Shown here piece after piece: positions 27,725 to 35,394 of a stretch of 45,203 nt of DNA. The DNA comes from a virus (taxonomy: Duplodnaviria > Caudoviricetes), in the IMG/VR virus record IMGVR_UViG_3300046786_000414, positions 1 to 45,203 of that record; one strand, written 5' to 3'. A program made the position numbers and the translations under genes. The notes under the pieces were generated by a model. The model saw only the letters and a list, made by a program, of their open reading frames with translations, was not told where the DNA came from and ran no database searches. The stretch's first letter is position 1. Each line of letters starts with the position of its first letter.

Positions 27725-27933
27725 ACCCAGACACTGAGTACCGCATCTGGGGCTCGTACATCAACTCGATGTGTGACCACGCAATAGAACATTTCAACAG
27801 CGCAGCCAACCCTGATCATGCCAAAACGTCCTACACCTCCTACGCCCAAGCCTTCTGGAACGGATACGGCGTCGCAGCCGGAATCCTTAAAAACACCATC
27901 AGGAGCTATCCCGTTGATCCAAAGGTGCAATGA
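27577..27933 (+). CDS. Hypothetical protein (true start probably further downstream)
   Basis: The open frame fills the gap; start unclear. Confidence 0.4.
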   Translation: MEDPSQVPNDQADGGVDQSSDQDGGDSVRQDEIPGVRSLSAYGYSSTPLDPDTEYRIWGSYINSMCDHAIEHFNSAANPDHAKTSYTSYAQAFWNGYGVAAGILKNTIRSYPVDPKVQ

Positions 27934-28117
27934 CGCTTATTGGTTCCCTGATTCGCGCTATAAGCTCTCTGATTCGGTGCGCATGGCCTCGGCGCTCAAG
28001 GTCATCGCGGATGATCTTGATGAATGGTCCGTTGAGTTTCAAGAGAGAGGAAATGAGATCGTCGCCCTTGCTGTACGTGGGGTGGCGGAGCGGCTCAGAG
28101 ATGCAACAAATGTCTAG
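27818..28117 (+). CDS. Hypothetical protein (true start uncertain)
   Basis: The C-terminal half looks helical (MASALKVIADDLD...); its stop overlaps the next ATG. Confidence 0.4.
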   Translation: MPKRPTPPTPKPSGTDTASQPESLKTPSGAIPLIQRCNDAYWFPDSRYKLSDSVRMASALKVIADDLDEWSVEFQERGNEIVALAVRGVAERLRDATNV

Positions 28118-28349
28118 TACCCCTTTCACCCCTGCGGTCGTGGAAGAGAGCTGGATGAGCGACACCGTTCATGCGCAGCACATCTCTAGAGAAGGTGTGT
28201 GCGACCTGTACATCGGTGGAGTTGGCCGCGAGTCAGCTGTCTTCTACGACTTACACGACCTGGCCGAATGGCTTGTCGAACACGAGATCCACGCGGATGA
28301 CCCGGTGTGGATGTACTTGGAACACTTAGCAAATCAAGGAGACGACTAA
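28110..28349 (+). CDS. Acidic hypothetical protein
   Basis: ATG at 28110; TAATG coupling to the next gene. Confidence 0.55.
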   Translation: MSSTPFTPAVVEESWMSDTVHAQHISREGVCDLYIGGVGRESAVFYDLHDLAEWLVEHEIHADDPVWMYLEHLANQGDD

Positions 28350-28609
28350 TGGGACTGACTGCAACAGGGCCTGACTGCCCCGCCTGCGGGGCCTGGATCA
28401 CCAAGGTCGTGATGACAAAGGCCGACTTCAGTTGCGATGAGCTGATCCGGCGTCGCCATTGCAACTTCTGCGATCACCGCTTCTACACCAGGCAGGTGCG
28501 GGAGGAGATCGTTGATGTGAAGTGGGTGCCTGTCGCCAAGGGCAAGCCAACAGTGCCCAAGGTCGTCAAGGTCTACGACACCCCTCGCAAGGGGAGGGCC
28601 GCAGCATGA
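28349..28609 (+). CDS. Zinc-ribbon protein resembling the NrdR N-terminus
   Basis: CPACG...IRRRHCNFCDHRFYT; no ATP cone. Confidence 0.7.
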   Translation: MGLTATGPDCPACGAWITKVVMTKADFSCDELIRRRHCNFCDHRFYTRQVREEIVDVKWVPVAKGKPTVPKVVKVYDTPRKGRAAA

Positions 28610-29445
28610 GCATCTTCTTGCTTGATGGGGACATGCTGTTGATGCGTGCCGCCACTGCCACAGAAGTGGAAGTGCAGCTAGGTGACGATGTGTGGACGCG
28701 TCACAGTGAACTGCCCCAAGCCAGGGAGATGTACTGGCAGCAGGTTGAGGCCTGGTGCGAGCATTTCGGCCTGGAGCTTGATGACGTGTGGCACTGCTTC
28801 ACCGAGGCGAGTGCTTTCCGCAAAGAGCTATACCCCGGCTACAAGGCCAACCGCAAGGGGAAGCCCAAGCCGATTGGGTACAAGCAGCTCAAGGCGGAGA
28901 TCATGGGAGAGCCGAACGCGTTCTGCTTGCACCAGATCGAGGCGGACGATCTTATCGGGATCTTCGCCACCATGCCCGAGGCGGCAGATCAACAGGTGAT
29001 CATCGCCGCTCGCGATAAAGACTTAATGCAAATCCCTGGCATCCATGTATGGATGGACGAGGGCCAAGAGGTTGAGGATCAAGATGGACTTGTGGTTCAA
29101 CGCGTCAATGGCAACGTCATCCAGACCAACTCGCCAGAGCACGCAGAGCGGTTCACCTACCAGCAGTACCTATCGGGTGATTCGACCGATGGCATCCCAG
29201 GCTGCCCCGGCCTTGGGCCCGTTGGAGCCGCACGACTCGTCAAAGGGTTCGACCTCTCGCAGCCTGTGGATTGCTGGCAAGCGGTTGTTCGGGCGTATGA
29301 GGAGGCACAGAGGAAGAAGAAACTTGATCTATACATCGCATCCGACTACGCCACGCAGCAAGCGCGACTAGCTCGCATCTTGCGCCATGGCGAATATGAC
29401 TTCGACACTCACACGGTCACGCTATGGAATCCCCCGACACGCTGA
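28606..29445 (+). CDS. 5'-3' exonuclease (gp6-like)
   Basis: LLDGD, YKANR, EADD, DKDLMQIPG, GDSTDGIPGCPGLG. Confidence 0.92.
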   Translation: MSIFLLDGDMLLMRAATATEVEVQLGDDVWTRHSELPQAREMYWQQVEAWCEHFGLELDDVWHCFTEASAFRKELYPGYKANRKGKPKPIGYKQLKAEIMGEPNAFCLHQIEADDLIGIFATMPEAADQQVIIAARDKDLMQIPGIHVWMDEGQEVEDQDGLVVQRVNGNVIQTNSPEHAERFTYQQYLSGDSTDGIPGCPGLGPVGAARLVKGFDLSQPVDCWQAVVRAYEEAQRKKKLDLYIASDYATQQARLARILRHGEYDFDTHTVTLWNPPTR

Positions 29446-29606
29446 AGCGCATCATCGTCAAGCATCTAGATGATGAATGGCTTGATGCGCTGGATCAGTT
29501 GTTCCCTGAAAGAACTCCTGAGCTGACTGACTCTATTGATCAGGTTCGGTACGCTTCTGGTCAGAGATCTGTCATTCGCTTTCTGAAGGGGCTTGCCAAT
29601 GGCTAA
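29424..29606 (+). CDS. Small conserved T7-like-phage protein
   Basis: LDQLFP...YASGQRSVIRFL pattern following the exonuclease. Confidence 0.65.
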   Translation: MESPDTLKRIIVKHLDDEWLDALDQLFPERTPELTDSIDQVRYASGQRSVIRFLKGLANG

Positions 29607-30660
29607 CAACAAAAAAAACGACAATCGCCCCGGCATGGGCAATAAGCCGATCCCCGGCCAGCCCTCAATGCCGGGGACCAAAACGATTGCGTCGGCTGGT
29701 CCTGTCCTTAGCAAAGGTGAGGCACAGAGTATTGCCAATGCCAAGGGCCAGACCGTTGCTCAGGTCATGGCCAGGGCTCAAGACAACGGCGTGGCCCTGG
29801 GTTCCGGGTTGGTCAATGCTTTTAACAAAGGCGGCCTCGGGATCAATTCGTCTGCGACGGCCCAGCTTGGTGGAACAAACCAAGCGACCGCCAACGCCCT
29901 GCAGGCCCTTCAGGCGTTGCAGGGCCTGCAGATGAACAAGGGCACGGCCTACGCCGGCTACAGCACTGTCACTTCCCCAGGGACAACTGCCTACAACCCA
30001 ATCGTTCTGCCTCGCAACATAATTGTCGGCTCGGCAGCTGCTGCAGGCGGAGCGGGCGGAGCTGGTGGAACTGGAGGGGCTGGAGGCGGCGCAGCTGGTG
30101 GAGGTGCTGGTGGTGCTGGTGGCGCTGGAGGTGGAGGAGGCGCAGGCGGCGGTGGCGGCCGTGGCAATAAACCAGGCACTCAGGGCTACATCAATGAACA
30201 GTTCAATGCTTACAAAGACTGGGCTCAAACAACGATTGATACGCTGACTTCTGGGCAGGACATCCTCACCCAGCAGATCACCGACCTGCAAGCAAGGAAT
30301 GATCAAAACGTTGCCGACATCATGTCGACGTTCAGTGATCAGATTGCGGCAACGCAAGGTGCGGCTGATGAGCAAATCGCTGGGCTGCAGAACTTGATGA
30401 TGCAGCAGAGCCAGCAGTTCCAGCAAGCAAACGCTGCTCAGCAGCAACAAGCGGCTTCCGCGCAGGCCGCCTACGAGGAACAGCGTCGCCAGGCGGAAGC
30501 ACTTGCTCGGGCCTACGTCCCGAACATGGAGCCCACCGCTTCCAACCTCACCTACGGCAGCAACAAGAAACAGGAAGACACCAACCTGTTGTCCAGCCTC
30601 ACGATGCTGTCTCCCGCTAGCTCCGTTTCGCCTTACCTCGCCGGTCTGCAAATCGCATGA
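29599..30660 (+). CDS. Virion-associated protein with a Gly-rich linker and a Gln-rich coiled coil
   Basis: Directly before the portal gene, with an ATGA overlap. Confidence 0.65.
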   Translation: MANNKKNDNRPGMGNKPIPGQPSMPGTKTIASAGPVLSKGEAQSIANAKGQTVAQVMARAQDNGVALGSGLVNAFNKGGLGINSSATAQLGGTNQATANALQALQALQGLQMNKGTAYAGYSTVTSPGTTAYNPIVLPRNIIVGSAAAAGGAGGAGGTGGAGGGAAGGGAGGAGGAGGGGGAGGGGGRGNKPGTQGYINEQFNAYKDWAQTTIDTLTSGQDILTQQITDLQARNDQNVADIMSTFSDQIAATQGAADEQIAGLQNLMMQQSQQFQQANAAQQQQAASAQAAYEEQRRQAEALARAYVPNMEPTASNLTYGSNKKQEDTNLLSSLTMLSPASSVSPYLAGLQIA

Positions 30661-32252
30661 ACAACACTGCTCAATCACGGTGGAAGGATCTTGAGCCGTA
30701 CCGGAGCCTCTACCTCCGGCGTGCGATTGATGCCAGCAAGCTGACCATCCCAACGCTGATCCCTGAATCAGATCAGAACGACAGCTGGGCTGGCAGCCGG
30801 TACAACAGCATCCCAAGCCTCTATCAAGGAGCAGGCGCCAGGGGTGTCAGCAGCCTCAGCGCCAAGCTGCTTCTTGCGCTCATGCCCCCGAGTCAGCCCT
30901 TTTTTCGGCTGACCATCGACAAGGGAAAGATCAAGCAGTATCTGGAGCAACGGGGCGGCGAGGAGGAGCAGCTGCTTAGCCAGTTGGATCAGGCGCTATC
31001 TGATCTGGAGCGGCAAGTGCTGCGCCGCCTTGATCAACTGCAGGCCCGCTCTGCCCTGTTCGAGGCCGTCAAGCACCTGATCGTTGGTGGCAACGCCCTG
31101 CTGTATATCGGCCCCGAGTCGATCCGCATGTACACCCTGCGGTCGTTCTGCGTTGACCGTGACCCCGAGGGGAATGTCACGGAGATCGTGGTGCGTGAGC
31201 AGGTGGCTGAGCGCTACATGCCACGGCGTGAGCCCAGGGAGGCTGGAGAAAGCAAGGAAGAAAGCGATGACCGCGAGGACGTGTACACCCACATCAACAT
31301 CGATCCACAGCGTGATCGGGTTGAGTGGTATCAGGAGTACGACGGCGAGAAGCTCGCAGGCACCGCTGGCTTCAGCGCCATTGAGACCAGTCCCTGGGTG
31401 GTCCTCAGGCTTCGGAAGGTGGCGGGTGAAAGCTATGGCCGCGGCCTCGTTGAGGAGGTGCTGGGTGACCTTCAGAGCCTGGAATCACTGAGCAAGGCGG
31501 TGGTGCAGGGCGCACTGATCAGCGCCAAGGCGTTGTTCCTGGTCAACCCCAATGGCACCACCAGGGCTGACGTGCTGGCCCGCGCTGAGAACGGAGCCAT
31601 CGTTGCTGGCAACGCCGCCGACGTGGAAGCGCTGCAGGTGCAGAAGTCCTCCGACATGTCGGTTGCCTTGCAGGCCATGCAGTTACTGGAACGCAGGCTG
31701 AGTTACACGTTCCTTGCTGATGAAGCAATACAACGTGACGCGGAACGAGTCACTGCCGAAGAGATTCGGTTGATGGCCGAGTCTCTGGAACGTGGCCTCG
31801 CCGGGGTCTACTCCATGCTCAGCGCTGAACTGCAGCTGCCGTTGATCCGCAGGGTCATGCACCTGATGGAGCGGGAGGGAGACATCCCTGCTGTGCCCAA
31901 GGGATTGGTGGAGCCTCAGGTGACAACCGGCTTGGAAGCGATTGGCCGCGGCAATGACAAGCAGCGACTGACCACCTTCCTGCAAACAGTGGCTGCATCG
32001 ATTGGCCCCGAGCAGTTCCTGCAGTACATCAATCCCAGCGAGTTGATCCGTCGTTTCGCGGCAGCGGACGGCATTGATACTGCTGGCCTGGTGAAGAATG
32101 ACCAGGAACTACAGGCTGAGCAAGCACAACAACAGCAGGCTATGTTGGCTCAACAACTCGCACAAGGAGCGATCCAGAGTGGAGCAACGGCGTCGCCGCA
32201 ACCCAGCGGAGGAACAGCTGTCGGAATTGATCAAGGATCAATCGCAGCCTGA
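30657..32252 (+). CDS. Portal (head-tail connector, gp8-like)
   Basis: GARGVSSLSAKL, PFFRL, GESYGRG, RDAERVTAEEIR, TGLEAIGRG. Confidence 0.95.
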   Translation: MNNTAQSRWKDLEPYRSLYLRRAIDASKLTIPTLIPESDQNDSWAGSRYNSIPSLYQGAGARGVSSLSAKLLLALMPPSQPFFRLTIDKGKIKQYLEQRGGEEEQLLSQLDQALSDLERQVLRRLDQLQARSALFEAVKHLIVGGNALLYIGPESIRMYTLRSFCVDRDPEGNVTEIVVREQVAERYMPRREPREAGESKEESDDREDVYTHINIDPQRDRVEWYQEYDGEKLAGTAGFSAIETSPWVVLRLRKVAGESYGRGLVEEVLGDLQSLESLSKAVVQGALISAKALFLVNPNGTTRADVLARAENGAIVAGNAADVEALQVQKSSDMSVALQAMQLLERRLSYTFLADEAIQRDAERVTAEEIRLMAESLERGLAGVYSMLSAELQLPLIRRVMHLMEREGDIPAVPKGLVEPQVTTGLEAIGRGNDKQRLTTFLQTVAASIGPEQFLQYINPSELIRRFAAADGIDTAGLVKNDQELQAEQAQQQQAMLAQQLAQGAIQSGATASPQPSGGTAVGIDQGSIAA

Positions 32253-32358
32253 AGAGCCAACTCCTATTGACAAGAGCTTGACACCGGGCAAGGGTTCGCA
32301 TACGCAGCCTCTGCCCGATGGCGGCCACATGATCATCCAGGATGGTTTCAATGTCTGA
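32179..32358 (+). CDS. Small hypothetical protein between portal and scaffold
   Basis: GTG at 32179 assumed; the stop overlaps the scaffold start. Confidence 0.45.
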   Translation: MEQRRRRNPAEEQLSELIKDQSQPEEPTPIDKSLTPGKGSHTQPLPDGGHMIIQDGFNV

Positions 32359-33052
32359 GGTTGCGTTCACCGGTGATTCCGGCAGCCCCTCTGAACAGAG
32401 CGCTGTTGCTGAAGAGTCCGCCAAGGTTGAAGCCGCAAGGGCTGAGCTATACGACGAGCAGACTGGAGCGCAAGGGCAAGGGCTGATTCTGGGGAAATAC
32501 CAGTCAGTTGATGACCTTGCCCAGGCGTATCAGAACCTGCAAAGGGAGTACAGCCGCGTCAAGAATGGACAGCAGCCAAGTGATCCCGCACCCCAGCAGC
32601 AGGAGGCTGATCAGTACAACGGAGATGACAGCGACTCCGAGGATGGTGCTGATCAAGGGGGGATTGACCCAGCCGCCGCAGCCGCCATCCGCACCTCAGT
32701 GCTTGAGCAGGCCGGCGGCGAGGCTGAGTATCAACGCCTATCCACTTGGGCTGTAAACAACTTGCCGCCCGAGCGAACAGAGGCTTACAACGCTGCGCTT
32801 GCCTCGGGCGACCAGGCTGCAATCATCAACAGCCTCAAGGGTCTGCAGTACGACTACATGATGCAGAACGGGTACGAACCCAAGTTGACCGGTGGGCGTG
32901 CTCCTGCGAATGAAGTTCGTGGCTACAGCTCCCGCTACCAAGTGACAGAGGCAATGGCCGACCCTCGTTATGAGAAAGACTCCGGGTATCGACAAGAGGT
33001 GGAGCGGCGTATAGCTGCATCACCAGATTCCATTTTCGGATTCCAGCGTTAG
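32351..33052 (+). CDS. Capsid scaffolding protein (gp9-like)
   Basis: LILGKY...LAQAYQNL, AGGEAEY, AMADPRYEKD...EVERR. Confidence 0.9.
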   Translation: MSEVAFTGDSGSPSEQSAVAEESAKVEAARAELYDEQTGAQGQGLILGKYQSVDDLAQAYQNLQREYSRVKNGQQPSDPAPQQQEADQYNGDDSDSEDGADQGGIDPAAAAAIRTSVLEQAGGEAEYQRLSTWAVNNLPPERTEAYNAALASGDQAAIINSLKGLQYDYMMQNGYEPKLTGGRAPANEVRGYSSRYQVTEAMADPRYEKDSGYRQEVERRIAASPDSIFGFQR

Positions 33053-33062
33053 GGGCTATAAA

Positions 33063-33119
33063 AGGAGCAGATCAACCAACCAAGTGATCTGCTCCTGGGC
33101 CGGTGCGCCGACACCCCAG
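33063..33119 (+). promoter_or_regulatory. Structured leader upstream of the major capsid gene
   Basis: 12-bp perfect stem AGGAGCAGATCA/TGATCTGCTCCT, then a second stem CTGGG..CGG-tgcg-CCG..CCCAG. Confidence 0.55.
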
Positions 33120-33195
33120 AGACGCGACGTTGGTGAAGGCAAGACGCCTCAGTGGTTAATCAACCGCACACCTTTCATCAACAAGGAGCCACATC

Positions 33196-34233
33196 ATGGC
33201 TGCACCCGACGCAACGCTTTCACGGCCTGGTGCCATTAACAACACCACTGGCACGTGGACGCAAGACAACGCACTTTTCCTGAAGGTCTTTTCAGGTGAG
33301 GTACTGACCAGCTTCGAGCGGAACTGCATCTTCGATGGCCTGGTGCAAACCCGGACTATCCAGAACGGCAAATCGAGCCAGTTCCCGGTGACAGGGCGTT
33401 TCAAGAGTCGCTATATGACTCCTGGTGAAATGCTCACCGGTCAGGGCAACATGGCCCAGAACGAAGTGGTCATCAAGATTGACGATCTGCTGATTGCAGA
33501 CGCCTCGATCTTCGACCTCGACGAGGCCAAGGTGCACTTCGATATTCGGAGCATCTACTCGGTTGAGCTGGGCAGGGCCATGGCCCGCGCTTTTGACAAG
33601 CGTCTTGCTCGTGTTCTTACCCTGGCTGCTCGCACCAGCACCAGCGACCTCACCGCCAACCTGCCCTCGGGTCTGTCCCCTGACGATCCGTACCGCGTTG
33701 GCACCCGCATCAACATCAACAAGGCCACTCCCACCCCGGACGACCTTGTTGCCTCCGTGTTCGCTGCGGCTCAAGCCCTGGACCAAAAGGACATCCCTGC
33801 TGATGGCCGCGTCCTGGTCTGCTCGCCCGACGTTTACTACACGCTGATCCAATCCAGCCGTGCCGTGAACTTCGACTTCAACCAGCCTGGCGCCAACGGC
33901 AGCTATGCCACTGGCCAAATCGCCAAGCTGGCTGGCTTCGACATCATGAGCAGCAACAACATCCAGCAAGGCAACGTCACTGCTCCTACTGGCGAGCAGG
34001 GCTACACCTTCGGCGGCACTGACACTGTGCTGTCCTCTGTGAACATGAGCACCACCAAGATGCTTGCGTTCCAGAAGGGTGCAGTTGGTGTCGTGAAGCT
34101 GCGTGATCTGTCTATGCAGATGACCGGCAATGATTATGCCGTGACTCATCAAGCCACCCTTATGGTGAGCAAGATGGCATACGGCGCAGGTCCACTCCGG
34201 CCTGAAGCTGTGGTTGAAATCCACAACGGTTGA
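33196..34233 (+). CDS. Major capsid protein (gp10-like)
   Basis: ALFLKVFSGEV, RTIQNGKSSQFP, IDDLL, GAGPLRPEA; SD AAGGAG upstream. Confidence 0.95.
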   Translation: MAAPDATLSRPGAINNTTGTWTQDNALFLKVFSGEVLTSFERNCIFDGLVQTRTIQNGKSSQFPVTGRFKSRYMTPGEMLTGQGNMAQNEVVIKIDDLLIADASIFDLDEAKVHFDIRSIYSVELGRAMARAFDKRLARVLTLAARTSTSDLTANLPSGLSPDDPYRVGTRININKATPTPDDLVASVFAAAQALDQKDIPADGRVLVCSPDVYYTLIQSSRAVNFDFNQPGANGSYATGQIAKLAGFDIMSSNNIQQGNVTAPTGEQGYTFGGTDTVLSSVNMSTTKMLAFQKGAVGVVKLRDLSMQMTGNDYAVTHQATLMVSKMAYGAGPLRPEAVVEIHNG

Positions 34234-34257
34234 GTTCGGTCAAGTTGTTGGCAGGAT

Positions 34258-34281
34258 GGGGGCAGCGATGCCCCCTTTTTT
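34258..34281 (+). terminator. Intrinsic terminator after the capsid gene (T-phi equivalent)
   Basis: GGGGGCA-gcga-TGCCCCC-TTTTTT. Confidence 0.85.
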
Positions 34282-34282
34282 C

Positions 34283-34768
34283 ATGGCAACGACAATCACC
34301 ACAATCAATCCACCCAGCACAGTCACTGCACTGGATTGGAACTGGCAAGATCAACAGTCCATTGATCCCCTAGGCCCTCAGGCTGTTGTGACCCTGGCTT
34401 CTGGCCTGGCCACTGGCACCCGAGCTGATGGTTCTGCGACCACCGCCCAGGTGTATCGAGTGACCGGCGTGAATGGCATCGTTGGCCCTGGTGGCTGGCA
34501 GGCCAACGGCGGCGTTCCCGGCGGTGCCGTGACTGCAAGTGCAGTCGCTGTGATCAACAACGGCACCAGCGGCGCCACTAACAAAACAGCAGCTGCAACC
34601 ACCGGCGGCAGCGGCACCGGTCTGACGGTGAACCTGACCGCCAGCAGCGGTGTGTTTGCCTCTGCTGCCGTAAACGCTGCGGGTACTGGCTACCGAGCTG
34701 GCGACGTGGTGCGTGTCACCTCGACCGTGGCCGGCACCGCTGACGATGTATTGCTGCGAGTGAGCTGA
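34283..34768 (+). CDS. Putative capsid decoration / minor structural protein
   Basis: Beta-type sequence rich in T/G/A; ATG at 34283; TGATG coupling to tail tube A. Confidence 0.65.
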   Translation: MATTITTINPPSTVTALDWNWQDQQSIDPLGPQAVVTLASGLATGTRADGSATTAQVYRVTGVNGIVGPGGWQANGGVPGGAVTASAVAVINNGTSGATNKTAAATTGGSGTGLTVNLTASSGVFASAAVNAAGTGYRAGDVVRVTSTVAGTADDVLLRVS

Positions 34769-35394
34769 TGACTGAGCTGGAGGCGATCAACACGCTGCTG
34801 TCCGTCATCGGGGAGGCGCCCATTGATCGCCTCAGTGACATCAGCGTCAACGAGATCACGGACAGCGCCCTGGCCCGCAAGGTGTTGGGTGAAGTTGAAC
34901 GTGATGTACAGGCGGAAGGCTGGTCGTGGAACACCGATAGCGAAGTGCCGCTGCAGATGAATGGCTCAAATGAGTTTCCCATCAGCAGCAGCGCGTTGTC
35001 GGTGCAGTTCTCGCCAGCCCGTTACCCCAACATGCAGTACGTGGCACGGGGCAACCGTGTCTACGACAGACTGCAACGCAAGTTTGATTTTGGGGTGACA
35101 GGCATGTCACCGCTGTATGTGGACCGGATCGTCACCAGGCTGTCCTGGGATGAACTGCCACATGCAGCGCAGCAGTACATCACGATCCGTGCCGCTCGGA
35201 TCTATGCCGACCGCTACCTGAACAGCAACGCGATTTACGCGTACACCGTCCAAGACGAGGAGTACGCCCGCGCCATGTTGGTCAGGGATGAAGAGCGGCA
35301 GCTGAACAACAACCTGCTTTGGGGCAATGACCGGGGAGCCGGTCAAGGCCTTGGCTACATCCCTGCTGAGGGTGTCAACTACCGGAGAGTCTGA
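34768..35394 (+). CDS. Tail tubular protein A (gp11-like)
   Basis: TELEAINTLLSVIGEAP, VQAEGWSWN, YITIRAAR. Confidence 0.92.
   Translation: MTELEAINTLLSVIGEAPIDRLSDISVNEITDSALARKVLGEVERDVQAEGWSWNTDSEVPLQMNGSNEFPISSSALSVQFSPARYPNMQYVARGNRVYDRLQRKFDFGVTGMSPLYVDRIVTRLSWDELPHAAQQYITIRAARIYADRYLNSNAIYAYTVQDEEYARAMLVRDEERQLNNNLLWGNDRGAGQGLGYIPAEGVNYRRV

Noticed and set aside
28349-28609. Full NrdR repressor or ribonucleotide reductase module
   Set aside because: Only the zinc ribbon is present; there is no ATP cone and no nrd genes.
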